Virus record (IMG/VR): IMGVR_UViG_3300038321_000157
Location: 7,929 to 71,928 of that record
Direction: 5' to 3' (one strand)
DNA from: a virus
DNA length: 64,000 nucleotides
The position numbers and the translations under genes are program-made. The notes below the pieces were generated by a model. That model was given only the letters and a program-made list of their open reading frames with translations. It had not been told where the DNA came from and did no database searches. This document shows positions 8,637-18,584 of this stretch, piece by piece; the stretch's first letter is position 1, and each line of letters starts with the position of its first letter.

Positions 8637-8672
8637 TATTTAAAATTTCACATAGTCATTCAGTAATTCCAC

Positions 8673-8984
8673 ATGCCTAATACATATTTAATAAGAGTGG
8701 AGAATGACAAAGTGAAATTTCAAAAAATTAAAAAAAGAAAAGTATATGAAACTTGGCAACATAAAAATAGAGAAACAGGGTTGGTAAGTTTTATTTTTCA
8801 CATACCAAATGGTAATTACCATTTTTATATTACTTGTTTTAAAAAACGTTGTGGATTAGAGCAATGTATAAAAGATAATTGTGATTTATACGTTTCTTAT
8901 AATTCATTAAAATATGGATTAATGTTTAATACTTTTGATGAATGTAGAGAAGTTGTAATCCATTGGCATAAAGATAGAGGATAA
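8673..8984 (+). CDS. Hypothetical protein
   Basis: ORF track; weak RBS. Confidence 0.45.
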   Translation: MPNTYLIRVENDKVKFQKIKKRKVYETWQHKNRETGLVSFIFHIPNGNYHFYITCFKKRCGLEQCIKDNCDLYVSYNSLKYGLMFNTFDECREVVIHWHKDRG

Positions 8985-9031
8985 GAAGAAGTTCTATCCT
9001 CATTTTTAATTAAAAATATAAAATAAATATG

Positions 9032-9059
9032 TTGACAATGATGCTGAGTGTGGTATTAT
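9032..9059 (+). promoter_or_regulatory. Sigma-A-type promoter opening the accessory-gene array
   Basis: TTGACA-16 nt-TATTAT with extended TG. Confidence 0.65.
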
Positions 9060-9146
9060 TGATATTAAGATATAGATAATTTATGTTAATATAGAATTAG
9101 CATTTGGTGCAGATTTTTGGCTTGAAAAATGGAGCATGAGTGAGTA

Positions 9147-9176
9147 TGAGGGAGATTGAGGGAGATTGAGGGAGGT
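9147..9176 (+). repeat. Three tandem 10-mers TGAGGGAG(A/G)T
   Basis: TGAGGGAGAT TGAGGGAGAT TGAGGGAGGT, followed by a 12-codon mini-ORF at 9184-9222. Confidence 0.85.
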
Positions 9177-9244
9177 AAAATTAATGTCTAAAATAATATC
9201 TGAAAAAATAATTTCAATATGAATGAAAGGAGGATGGTGATTAA

Positions 9245-9739
9245 GTGTATTTGAAAGAATGTGATACAAATATTGAAAACTTTGATGTAGCAGTCAATGT
9301 TTTATACAACGTAGTAGAACAAGAATTTAAAAAATATCCAGGGTTTAAAGGAATAATTTCATATGAAGATATTTTAAAAATATTTTACAGGTCTTCTTCT
9401 GTAGCAAATGTTTATCAAATACCAATAGAGGATTATGTTAAACTTACAATAGAATCTTACATTGCCTATGATACATTTTTGAAAAATGCTTATAATAGTG
9501 TTATACCAATAGACGGAGATAAAGCAGGTGCATATTTAAGGATATTGATTTGTAGATTATGTCGTGATGAAGATGGAAATGAAATTATTAATAATTTTAT
9601 GGAACAATTCAGAAATATTATTGTAGAATTTAATGTTAGGATTAATCCAGAAGAAAAAATCTCTTATTGTGAATCTAAGATTGGCAAAAGAAATGCTTTG
9701 ATTTTATATATTATGTTATCAGATTTTTATGAAATGTAG
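9245..9739 (+). CDS. Hypothetical protein
   Basis: ORF with GGAGG RBS. Confidence 0.65.
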   Translation: MYLKECDTNIENFDVAVNVLYNVVEQEFKKYPGFKGIISYEDILKIFYRSSSVANVYQIPIEDYVKLTIESYIAYDTFLKNAYNSVIPIDGDKAGAYLRILICRLCRDEDGNEIINNFMEQFRNIIVEFNVRINPEEKISYCESKIGKRNALILYIMLSDFYEM

Positions 9740-9780
9740 ATTCGATTCAATAAAAGTAAAGGAGATATAATAAAAATATA

Positions 9781-10557
9781 ATGATAGGATTACAAGAGTA
9801 TATAGTAAATAATAATGTCTCAGTTATAGAATTAGCAAAAGAAATGGAAATACGTCCTGCTACAATATGGAGATGGTTTAATGTTAATAAGGTTTCAGAA
9901 AAATATCATGATTTTCTTTCAAATAAATTTGGAATAGATAAAGATTATATAAATAGAAAAGTTAATGATATAAATACATATCAACCTAGAAGGAAAGGTT
10001 TTAATGAATATATAATAAATGGCGAAGAAACAACAATACTTATAAAAAGAAAAAATAAAGAAATAGTAGAAATGATAATTGATACCGAAGATTTATTATT
10101 ATTACAAAGTTATAATAGGGCAGTTCAAGTAATGTGGAATAATAATACTAAAACCTACTATGCTAGATTTTATATATATGATGGTATTGAAGATGGGAAA
10201 GTACGATATAAAGTATTATATATACATAGACTATTGGTTGATGCAAAGGAAGATGATTATGTCGATCATAAAGATTTAAATAGTCTTAATAATAGAAAGA
10301 AAAATTTACGAATAACACAAAATAGTCCAAATTTAAAACATAGATTAGATGCTAATTCAAATAATAAATCTGGATATCGAAGTGTACATTGGATAGAAAA
10401 ACTTCAAAAATATATTGTGCAATTAACTATTGATGGAGTTAATACAAAATTGGGAGAATTTGAACCAAATGAACTAGATCAAGCTGTAGAATTTGCTAAT
10501 AAAATGAGACAAAAATATTATGGCAGTTTTAAAGGTAAAGATGATATTATAAATTAA
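9781..10557 (+). CDS. HTH-HNH-AP2 endonuclease
   Basis: N-terminal HTH (ELAKEMEIRPATIWRW); IHRLL..VDHKD..NNRKKNLR; AP2 SGYRSVHW. Confidence 0.8.
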   Translation: MIGLQEYIVNNNVSVIELAKEMEIRPATIWRWFNVNKVSEKYHDFLSNKFGIDKDYINRKVNDINTYQPRRKGFNEYIINGEETTILIKRKNKEIVEMIIDTEDLLLLQSYNRAVQVMWNNNTKTYYARFYIYDGIEDGKVRYKVLYIHRLLVDAKEDDYVDHKDLNSLNNRKKNLRITQNSPNLKHRLDANSNNKSGYRSVHWIEKLQKYIVQLTIDGVNTKLGEFEPNELDQAVEFANKMRQKYYGSFKGKDDIIN

Positions 10558-10571
10558 CATGAAATGGAGGT

Positions 10572-10766
10572 TTGGATCAAATGTTAAATAGTATTCTGTA
10601 TTTTAATGTTGCAACAACTTATATTGAAGGTAATCTTGTTAATTTTAAAAATCATATTTATATGGTTAAATTTTCGGAAAGAAAAACGCATACGAATATT
10701 ATTACTGGTTATCTTCCACCTGAATACCCTATTGTAGAAAATGAATATTGGATATTGCGTGAATAA
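10572..10766 (+). CDS. Hypothetical protein
   Basis: ORF with GGAGG RBS. Confidence 0.55.
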   Translation: MDQMLNSILYFNVATTYIEGNLVNFKNHIYMVKFSERKTHTNIITGYLPPEYPIVENEYWILRE

Positions 10767-10820
10767 AGTTAAAACAAAAGAATCATTTCATAATTATTTT
10801 AGAAATAGAAAGGAAAATAT

Positions 10821-11630
10821 ATGATAGGATTGCAAGAAATTATGATAAATAATAATATAAATGTTTATCAATTTTCAGAAGAATTAGGTGTGACGCATAG
10901 TACTGTATATAGATGGTTTAATGAAAATAAAGTACCTAAAAAATATTATAGTATTATTTCGGAAAAATTAAATATTAATAAGGATTATATTAATAAAGTA
11001 GTTAATGATATTAGTACACATACTTCAAGAAAAAAAGATTTTAATTTTTATAGAATAGATGGAGATATTGTTTATATTGAATTAAAAAATAAAAAAGGAA
11101 TAGTATTAGAAACACTAATTGATTTGGAAGATTTAAACCGTATTAAGGCTTTGGGAATATGTTGGAATGCTGCGTGGGCAAAAGATATACAAGATTATTA
11201 TGCGAAATCATGTGAATATTTAGGAACCAAGAACGGAAAACCAAAATATAAAATACGTTATTTACATAGAGAAATAATGAACAATCCTAAAAATATGACG
11301 GTGGATCATAAAGAACATTATATACATAGTAGTTTAGATAATAGAAAAATAAATTTAAGAATAGCAGGAAGAAATAAAAATTCTAGTAATAGAAGTGGAG
11401 AAAATAAGAATTCAAGTACAGGTGTTAGAAATGTTCATTTAATAACAAAATATGGTGGCAAGCAAGTTTATAAAGTTCAAATTATGAAAAAAGGCATTAG
11501 TTATAGATGGGAGTTTAAATTAGATCAATTTGAAGAGGCATGTGAATTTGCTGAAAGAAAACGCAAAGAATTGTTTGGTGAATTTGCTGGAAATGGAGAA
11601 AATAAAAAGGATGATAATTATGTTTTTTAA
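10821..11630 (+). CDS. HTH-HNH-AP2 endonuclease (paralogue of 9781..10557)
   Basis: Same MIGLQE start and HTH; LHREI..VDH..DNRKINLR; TGVRNVH. Confidence 0.8.
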   Translation: MIGLQEIMINNNINVYQFSEELGVTHSTVYRWFNENKVPKKYYSIISEKLNINKDYINKVVNDISTHTSRKKDFNFYRIDGDIVYIELKNKKGIVLETLIDLEDLNRIKALGICWNAAWAKDIQDYYAKSCEYLGTKNGKPKYKIRYLHREIMNNPKNMTVDHKEHYIHSSLDNRKINLRIAGRNKNSSNRSGENKNSSTGVRNVHLITKYGGKQVYKVQIMKKGISYRWEFKLDQFEEACEFAERKRKELFGEFAGNGENKKDDNYVF

Positions 11631-11635
11631 GAGTA

Positions 11636-11664
11636 TTGACTTATTACTATTAAAACTATAAAAT
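11636..11664 (+). promoter_or_regulatory. Sigma-A-type promoter
   Basis: TTGACT-17 nt-TAAAAT. Confidence 0.6.
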
Positions 11665-11691
11665 ATAAATATATAGAAAGGAGTATACATA

Positions 11692-11940
11692 TTGAAACAA
11701 AAATCAAACATAGTAGGTTACAATCATGATGACATTTTACTTATCTGTAACAATGTTGAGCAAGCAATACAACATCTTGTTGTAGAGTTTGAAACTTTAA
11801 ACAAACAAGAAAAAGCTGAACTAATAGTTATGTTTGAGAATTCAAATACATATGTGGGGCAGATATTAAAAACGATATATGAAAATAGTAATGTAAAGAA
11901 AAGAACTAGAAAAACAAAAAATACAGATGCTACAAATTAA
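11692..11940 (+). CDS. Hypothetical protein
   Basis: TTG start after AAGGAG. Confidence 0.65.
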   Translation: MKQKSNIVGYNHDDILLICNNVEQAIQHLVVEFETLNKQEKAELIVMFENSNTYVGQILKTIYENSNVKKRTRKTKNTDATN

Positions 11941-12187
11941 GAAGGAGGAAGTATGAATTATTCAACTACTAAGAAAATTAGGAAATATAAAGATTGGTGA
12001 TAAAACATTCAAAGAAAAAGATATAAGAATAAAAAATGAAATAAAACAGTTACAAGAATCTTTACAAAGAAATATTGATATTTATCAAAATGATATGGAA
12101 GTAAATCTTACACTAATTAGTATATAAAATCGTTATAAATGTTTGATTTTACATTAAATGTATAATATAATAATAAAGGAGAATAAT

Positions 12188-12607
12188 ATGTTTCGTAAAT
12201 TAAAATCACTATGGAATAAACATCAATATAGTATTGAAGAAAATACATATATAAACACCCATAAATTTATTTGGGGAATTAAATCAGCAAGTGATCTGTC
12301 TTATGGTGAACCAGATTTATGTACAATGAATGATATTGATATTGTTTATGATAAAGAAAGTAAAATGTATTCACTTAGTATTGAAACTATATATCAATTT
12401 ACCAATAATCAAGAAGGAGAGAAATTTTATATACAACATTTATTTAATAAATTGACGGAATGGATGGACAGTAAGGGGTATGATACTAATAGGGAATTAG
12501 ATATTTATGATGTTTTTACCAGGGGAATAAATATTAATACTGAGTTTGAATCAATAGAAGAATTGTATGCTACTTTAAAGTTTTTGGTTAAAGGATTTTG
12601 TGATTAA
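12188..12607 (+). CDS. Hypothetical protein
   Basis: Start moved to ATG 12188 after AAGGAG. Confidence 0.7.
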   Translation: MFRKLKSLWNKHQYSIEENTYINTHKFIWGIKSASDLSYGEPDLCTMNDIDIVYDKESKMYSLSIETIYQFTNNQEGEKFYIQHLFNKLTEWMDSKGYDTNRELDIYDVFTRGININTEFESIEELYATLKFLVKGFCD

Positions 12608-12621
12608 AAAAGGAGGCTAAT

Positions 12622-12888
12622 ATGAAAATAGAAAGACAATTTGAAGAAAACGAATGGGTAAAAGAAATTACAGGGAAAGAATTTAGAGAATCAGGTGCAT
12701 TATGGTTTGTTAATTCTATTTTACATCTGTTTGGTATGGCAATTACTTGGAATCCAGATACGGATGAATTAAAAGCTTCTATTGTACGGTATAGGGGTTT
12801 TGACAACAAGTATAATGATAAAGGATATAAGATGCTTAGTAATTATTTAAAAGATAATATAATTGAATTAGAAAAGGATTGTGATTAA
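12622..12888 (+). CDS. Hypothetical protein
   Basis: AGGAGG RBS. Confidence 0.7.
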   Translation: MKIERQFEENEWVKEITGKEFRESGALWFVNSILHLFGMAITWNPDTDELKASIVRYRGFDNKYNDKGYKMLSNYLKDNIIELEKDCD

Positions 12889-12947
12889 ATCATTATAAAA
12901 TCCAGCTTTTATAATGTTATAAAAATAAATATAGGAGGAAGTAAAAA

Positions 12948-13994
12948 ATGTATGGATATAATGAATATTATGATGAGCAGATTTATGAGCCAACGCCTTT
13001 AGATGAATTGTTTATAGAGTATAGAGAGAAATGTAAAACTATCCTTTTAGCATCAGTTCAAAGCGAAATTGATGATATTAAAAACAACAATATTCAACTA
13101 AGAGAAGAAAATCAAAAATTACGAAATGAAGCAAGGCAATTAAAAGAGGAAGTTAAATTATCGAATGAAAAGTGTAAAAATTCTCTATTCATTGATTTAA
13201 TCTCAAACAATATTAATAAAGATAATTTCACTAAATTCCTTGCGGTTGTTTATGAAAAAGATTATGAAGAATCTTGGTCAACAGAAGAAACTCCATTATG
13301 GTTAAGGGTATTAACAGAATATTATTCACACAAAAATGAAATTATTGAAATGTTTAATATTCTTAATATAAAAAGACCAAAAGATATTAATAATTTTAGA
13401 TTGCCTATAGATTGGAATGAAGAAGAATTAGATATCTTTTTTGATACTATGAGAAATCATTATAATTGCAATGGGAATTTCTTTCAATATAATTTGCATT
13501 TTTGGAGTAGTAGTTCTTTGAAATCCGTTAAAGAGCAATGTAATAAAAATTATTCGGAAATACCTTGGCAATATGTATTGAGAAATCCATTATTAAAAAC
13601 AGAAAAGTATCTTAAATTAATGGGACAAAAAATGACTGAAACGCATGGAAATAATTTTGCAAATATTTATAAATATCAAAATTTAAATGAAAATGAAGTA
13701 AAAATTATATTAGATAATATTGATTATGCCAAATTGACAGGATTAAAAAATAATAGTATTGGTAATTTTATTCTGGAATATATACATCTTATAGATAACG
13801 ATGATTTTTTAGATAAGATTTATCCTTTTATTAAAAAGGTATGGAATGAATTTAATTATATCAAACAAATGAAATCGAAATATATTAAAAAATATCTACT
13901 AGAACATAAAGAAGATGCTTTAGGATTGTTAAAAGAAAGTGATAAGTTATCTAAAAAAGATAAAGAAGAAATAATTAAACAATTAATAGATTAA
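12948..13994 (+). CDS. Hypothetical protein with N-terminal coiled coil
   Basis: 348-aa ORF, AGGAGG RBS. Confidence 0.75.
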   Translation: MYGYNEYYDEQIYEPTPLDELFIEYREKCKTILLASVQSEIDDIKNNNIQLREENQKLRNEARQLKEEVKLSNEKCKNSLFIDLISNNINKDNFTKFLAVVYEKDYEESWSTEETPLWLRVLTEYYSHKNEIIEMFNILNIKRPKDINNFRLPIDWNEEELDIFFDTMRNHYNCNGNFFQYNLHFWSSSSLKSVKEQCNKNYSEIPWQYVLRNPLLKTEKYLKLMGQKMTETHGNNFANIYKYQNLNENEVKIILDNIDYAKLTGLKNNSIGNFILEYIHLIDNDDFLDKIYPFIKKVWNEFNYIKQMKSKYIKKYLLEHKEDALGLLKESDKLSKKDKEEIIKQLID

Positions 13995-14029
13995 AACCCC
14001 GATTTTATAACGAGTGAAGGGAGGCAGTT

Positions 14030-14239
14030 ATGAGAGTATTTGAATTAAGTGATACCCAAATAGAAAAAATTAAACAATGGGATAATGCTGAAACTGGTCA
14101 TAAATGCAATGCAAGTAAACGTGGTGACGTTACGGGTGCAAGATTGAGTTATACGTTTATTCCTACTGGATTAGATGATGTTGTCAAAGTTGAATGTGAA
14201 TGCGGTGAGGTATTAGATGTTACTGAAGGTTGGGATTAG
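14030..14239 (+). CDS. Small Cys-containing hypothetical protein
   Basis: GGAGG RBS; HKC...CECG. Confidence 0.7.
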   Translation: MRVFELSDTQIEKIKQWDNAETGHKCNASKRGDVTGARLSYTFIPTGLDDVVKVECECGEVLDVTEGWD

Positions 14240-14285
14240 AATCGTAATCAAATAACCCTTTTAACTCAATATAGAAAGGAGAATT

Positions 14286-14468
14286 ATGGATCGTTTTTTA
14301 TCTTTGTTGCCTTATATTATTGGGGTTCCTTTGTGCATTTTAGCTCCAACTGGTTTTATCATGATGTTCGTTTTTGATAAACCTACCCTTGTTATTATTA
14401 CAATAGCCTATTGTTTATTTTTATTAGGCGTTGGGTTAACACATACGATTAAACAAGTTTTAGATTAA
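14286..14468 (+). CDS. Small 2-TM membrane protein
   Basis: AAGGAG RBS; two hydrophobic stretches. Confidence 0.65.
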   Translation: MDRFLSLLPYIIGVPLCILAPTGFIMMFVFDKPTLVIITIAYCLFLLGVGLTHTIKQVLD

Positions 14469-14518
14469 TTTCAACCAAATTTCTCTTTTGTGTACTTTTT
14501 GAAAGGAAGAATAAATAT

Positions 14519-14704
14519 ATGAAAGTAAAAGACTTCATAAATAAATTAGAAGATATTGGATATAATGACGATACCGAAATAGTTTTTGATTTGAAAAATG
14601 AAGATGGTGAAACATATTCAGATTATTATTGTCAATCAGTATATACCCATATGCCTTTTGTACTTAATGCAATAGGAATTGAGATTGATAGGGTTTACAA
14701 ATAA
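14519..14704 (+). CDS. Hypothetical protein
   Basis: AAGGA RBS. Confidence 0.65.
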   Translation: MKVKDFINKLEDIGYNDDTEIVFDLKNEDGETYSDYYCQSVYTHMPFVLNAIGIEIDRVYK

Positions 14705-14803
14705 TTAAATCCCAATTTAATTTTGGACACGATTTATATTACTATTGCTATTTTTATGTTATTGTATTAAAATTATAATATAAATATACAGAAAGGAGAT
14801 AAT

Positions 14804-15112
14804 ATGGATTACCCTTTTAATTTAAGTAACTCAAAAACCAATTTAGTTGAATTAAATAAAGAATTAGGTTTATGGTTATTAGAAAATAATTTCTCAGACG
14901 ATATAAGAAACAAAATTTTATACTTTATTAATGAATCATATATGCAGGGTTTTAAAAGTGGATATTCTGAATGTAAGATTGTTAATTTTATAGATGAAGA
15001 TACAGATGTTGAAGATGACCCATGTAGATTATGTGGTACTCAAAGATGTTATCCTGAGTATTGCGCTGAATTACATCCAGAATTGAAACATAAAAAAGTT
15101 GAGTTCAAATGA
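14804..15112 (+). CDS. Hypothetical protein with C-terminal Cys cluster
   Basis: AAGGAG RBS; CRLC..RC..YC. Confidence 0.65.
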   Translation: MDYPFNLSNSKTNLVELNKELGLWLLENNFSDDIRNKILYFINESYMQGFKSGYSECKIVNFIDEDTDVEDDPCRLCGTQRCYPEYCAELHPELKHKKVEFK

Positions 15113-15150
15113 ATGTTTTGTGATGATATTAAGGAAGGAGATTATTTACT

Positions 15151-15708
15151 ATAGCAAAAGGTCAATTTAAACCATTTAATAAATATAAAATAAATGGTGA
15201 TGAAACTATAATATATATCGAAAGAAGAGATGGAAGTGTCCAAGAAACAGTTATTGATACAGAAGAATTAGAAAAAATAAAAAGTATTGGTACTCCTTGG
15301 CATAGTCATTGGGCAAGAAAAACAAAATCATATTATTGTAGATGTTGTAAATACATAAGCGAACTAAAATATAGTAAAACAATTCAAATGTCTCGATTTA
15401 TAGTAGACGCACAAGATGATGAAGTAGTTGATCATATAGATCATGACACTATGAATAATAAAAAAGAAAATTTAAGAGTAACCAAATTTATTAAAAATGT
15501 AGCAAATAGAAAAGGTGCAAACTCCAATAATAAAACTGGTGTTAGGAATGTAAATTACATAGAAAAACTAGATGAGTATTGGGTTCAAATTATGAAGAAT
15601 GGAGTAAGATATAGGTGGATATTTCCTGGCGATCAGTTTAAAGAAGCATGTGAATTTGCTGAGATTAAACGAAAAGAGATATTTGGGGAATATGCAGGTA
15701 ACGGATAA
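15151..15708 (+). CDS. HNH-AP2 endonuclease, probable ATA start
   Basis: Frame open from ATA 15151 (AKGQFKPFNKYKI...), 9 nt after AAGGAG; VDHIDH..NNKKENLR; TGVRNV. ORF track begins at 15388. Confidence 0.75.
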   Translation: MAKGQFKPFNKYKINGDETIIYIERRDGSVQETVIDTEELEKIKSIGTPWHSHWARKTKSYYCRCCKYISELKYSKTIQMSRFIVDAQDDEVVDHIDHDTMNNKKENLRVTKFIKNVANRKGANSNNKTGVRNVNYIEKLDEYWVQIMKNGVRYRWIFPGDQFKEACEFAEIKRKEIFGEYAGNG

Positions 15709-15765
15709 AACAGAAATATAAAACCAAAGAATAGTTTTATAATGAAACGAAAGAAGGAATGTTTT

Positions 15766-15939
15766 ATGAAAACTTATATTAGTGAAATAAATAAAAAACA
15801 AAAAGAACACCCATGTAATAATTGTCAAGTAGGATGGGGTAATTATTGTTATGGCAAAGATGATAAAGGTGAATATATAGAAATGACTACATGTGCTGAT
15901 AATTGTAAACATATAGAAGAATTTAATAAATCAATATAA
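15766..15939 (+). CDS. Small Cys-rich protein
   Basis: ATG after AAGGA; CNNC..C..CADNC. Confidence 0.6.
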   Translation: MKTYISEINKKQKEHPCNNCQVGWGNYCYGKDDKGEYIEMTTCADNCKHIEEFNKSI

Positions 15940-16046
15940 ATATTGTATTTTATAAAAAAGCAAAATAAAATTAGCAAAATATAAATTTGTTTAAAAAGTT
16001 TTGGCCAGTACAAAAACTGTATTCTATAATAATTTGGAGGTAAGAT

Positions 16047-16184
16047 ATGTGCGTTAAATTATGTTTATGTAATTCATGTTATAAGAAAAAGAATTGCTCT
16101 GATTGTGAATATATTGATGAACATAAAGAAGATGAATGTTGTGTTAAAGGAATTACATATTGCGTACATTATGAAATACGATAA
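16047..16184 (+). CDS. 45-aa Cys-rich protein (not in ORF track)
   Basis: GGAGGT RBS; MCVKLCLCNSCYKKKNCSDCEYIDEHKEDECCVKGITYCVHYEIR. Confidence 0.65.
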   Translation: MCVKLCLCNSCYKKKNCSDCEYIDEHKEDECCVKGITYCVHYEIR

Positions 16185-16242
16185 TATTTCGTTACCAAAT
16201 CTACGTTTCATTCAAACTTTAAAGAAAGGAAATTATTTTATT

Positions 16243-16440
16243 TTGAAAGATATTTTATTAGATATCCTTGTGACAGTATTGTTAGGTTTAATAGGATTAA
16301 TACTAATAGGTTTAATAATCAGTATAATAATAGGGGTCATAATAGGTTGTGTTACATTCCCTAAATATGTTGTTCCTATAGTTGTTATAATAATAAGTTA
16401 TATTATTGGGAGATCAATAAAAAATGGATCACTTTATTAA
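16243..16440 (+). CDS. Small membrane protein
   Basis: TTG after AAAGGA; hydrophobic; replaces the track start at 16105. Confidence 0.6.
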   Translation: MKDILLDILVTVLLGLIGLILIGLIISIIIGVIIGCVTFPKYVVPIVVIIISYIIGRSIKNGSLY

Positions 16441-16481
16441 ATAGAATATCACTTTGGTAGTGATTAAAGAAAGGAGTTAAT

Positions 16482-16685
16482 ATGAGAGAAAGTAAACCAA
16501 TGTATGTTATTGTAGACCATGAGAAAATTCTAGGATTAGTTTGGGAAACTGAATTAGGTAAAATAGTTACTTTTCAAGGAAATTTAGATATACAAGATAA
16601 TTTATCTATTAGAGAAGTTGAAACTGGAAAAGAAATAGACAATATAGATTTAAGAAATGTATTAATGTCTATATTACCAAAATAA
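16482..16685 (+). CDS. Hypothetical protein
   Basis: AAGGAG RBS. Confidence 0.65.
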   Translation: MRESKPMYVIVDHEKILGLVWETELGKIVTFQGNLDIQDNLSIREVETGKEIDNIDLRNVLMSILPK

Positions 16686-16734
16686 ATAATATAATAAATC
16701 ATCAATTTGGTGTTGATTTTAGAAAGGAGAAGTA

Positions 16735-17118
16735 ATGGGAAAACAAATAGATAGAATTGATATAGTTTTTGAAAATTGTGAAGTAATACAAGTTCCGATG
16801 AGTGATGTTAGATTTATATGGTTAGGAGATATTAAAGAAAGATTATTTATAAATAATATTTGTTATCGAAAAAATGACGGTTTTGAATTGGACAAAAGTG
16901 CAACGCAAGCAAAATTAATAATTAAGAATAAACCAGAATATGAAAGAGTTAATAAATATAGTGACATTACTCATATTGATTTTATGAGAAATAATAAGTC
17001 TGTATCATACATAGGAATAAAATGGTTGGGAGAATCAGAATATCATAATGTTGGTCAAGAAGTAGAAATAGTAAAGGATGAAATATTTATTAATATAAAT
17101 ATTGAAAATGAAGATTAA
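16735..17118 (+). CDS. Hypothetical protein
   Basis: AAGGAG RBS. Confidence 0.7.
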   Translation: MGKQIDRIDIVFENCEVIQVPMSDVRFIWLGDIKERLFINNICYRKNDGFELDKSATQAKLIIKNKPEYERVNKYSDITHIDFMRNNKSVSYIGIKWLGESEYHNVGQEVEIVKDEIFININIENED

Positions 17119-17212
17119 CATAAAATTCTAGATTTATAATGATTATGGTAAAATTGGATGCCTAAAGATTGGGATTCTTAGATTATAAATTATTTTAAAT
17201 GAGGTTTATAAT

Positions 17213-17665
17213 ATGAATATAATACAAAGTAGAATGTTTATTGATGTTAAATATCTTACTGTAAGAAAGAATTATATTTGTGATAATTGTAAGTCTATTA
17301 TTAATAAAGGAGATCGAGCTATATTAAAATATAATAGATATGCAACTACTAGTAATAAAGATAAAAGAAAATATTATTGTTTAAATTGTTCTGCTGTTGG
17401 CAATATGAGTGGTAAGATAATAAAAGATACAAATATTATGAAAACACCAAAATGCAAGACCTGTGAAAACTGCGAAGACTATGGATTAGACGAACATTTA
17501 TTTATATGTGAGTATGTTGTTCCAGATTATGATACTTATGGTAATACTTTTGATGATGATTTTTTAGATGCATTAACTATTCTAATGGATACTTATAAAA
17601 AATCTAGTCCAGATTGGTGTCCATTAAGAGAAGAAAATAAAAAATATTATAAAAAGGAGGATTAA
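17213..17665 (+). CDS. Cys-rich (zinc-finger-like) hypothetical protein
   Basis: CDNC..CLNC..CKTCENC..C..C. Confidence 0.65.
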   Translation: MNIIQSRMFIDVKYLTVRKNYICDNCKSIINKGDRAILKYNRYATTSNKDKRKYYCLNCSAVGNMSGKIIKDTNIMKTPKCKTCENCEDYGLDEHLFICEYVVPDYDTYGNTFDDDFLDALTILMDTYKKSSPDWCPLREENKKYYKKED

Positions 17666-17668
17666 ATT

Positions 17669-18076
17669 ATGAAGAATAAACGACAAAACGTTAAAAATGA
17701 TTTAAAAACATTAGGAAAAGATTTGGTTGATTTATTAAAAGAAATTATAGCTCATATAATTGTTTTACTCATTCCCAATTATATTGTGTATTTATGGTTT
17801 TTACATGACGTTAAAAAGCACATGTGGACTAAACAATATTTACGAGAATTTGAAATTAATATGAATGATTGTGTAGATGATAAATATATAAAACCTTATC
17901 AAAGAGATAAATTATTAAAAATTGCCAGACATAACTCTGAATTAGGTTATGAGAAATACAAATGGTGTTTTGAATGTAGTAAACGAAGGACTAAAGAATG
18001 TAATATGAAAGTTTGTTACTCAGAATTTAATAAAAATGGTGAGCCAAAGTTATTTAATGATATATGGATGAAGTAA
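17669..18076 (+). CDS. Hypothetical protein
   Basis: AGGAGG RBS. Confidence 0.65.
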   Translation: MKNKRQNVKNDLKTLGKDLVDLLKEIIAHIIVLLIPNYIVYLWFLHDVKKHMWTKQYLREFEINMNDCVDDKYIKPYQRDKLLKIARHNSELGYEKYKWCFECSKRRTKECNMKVCYSEFNKNGEPKLFNDIWMK

Positions 18077-18092
18077 GGGAGGAGGTAAAAAG

Positions 18093-18356
18093 ATGAATAT
18101 AGTTATTATAGTTATTGGAATATTTTCTGCTATTAATGCTATGTATAATGCTCATTTAAATGATAAGTTAAGATGTAGAGTTGAAGAATTAGAAAAGAAA
18201 AATTCAAAAAATATAGTTACAAATAAACAACAACAAACATTTCAAAAAATATGTGAAATCTATAATATTGACCCTGAGACATATACATATTATCAATTTG
18301 TTTGCGATGTGTTTTTAAAGATTAATGAGATCGAGAAGAAATTATGGGACAAATAG
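18093..18356 (+). CDS. Hypothetical protein with N-terminal TM helix
   Basis: GGAGGT RBS. Confidence 0.65.
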   Translation: MNIVIIVIGIFSAINAMYNAHLNDKLRCRVEELEKKNSKNIVTNKQQQTFQKICEIYNIDPETYTYYQFVCDVFLKINEIEKKLWDK

Positions 18357-18511
18357 AATATTGGACTTATTCAGCTAAAGATACTAACGCTTATATTTGG
18401 TTTGATGGACAGAGTAGATATATTAAAATATCTAAAAACGATTTAAGAAAAATGCTAGATTGGATAGATACTGATAAAAAGTTGAAAATATTAGATTCTA
18501 GGAATGCCTAA
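18344..18511 (+). CDS. 55-aa hypothetical protein (not in ORF track)
   Basis: MGQIEYWTYSAKDTNAYIWFDGQSRY...; overlaps the previous stop. Confidence 0.5.
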   Translation: MGQIEYWTYSAKDTNAYIWFDGQSRYIKISKNDLRKMLDWIDTDKKLKILDSRNA

Positions 18512-18584
18512 AGAATGGGATTCTTATTAACACATTTTTTAAATTGTAATTAAAATAAAAATATAAATAAGGAGGTAAAAACAA

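Noticed and set aside
11954-12127. SD followed by a 15-codon ORF overlapping a longer frame without a start codon
   Set aside because: Probably a decayed small gene; too little support to call.
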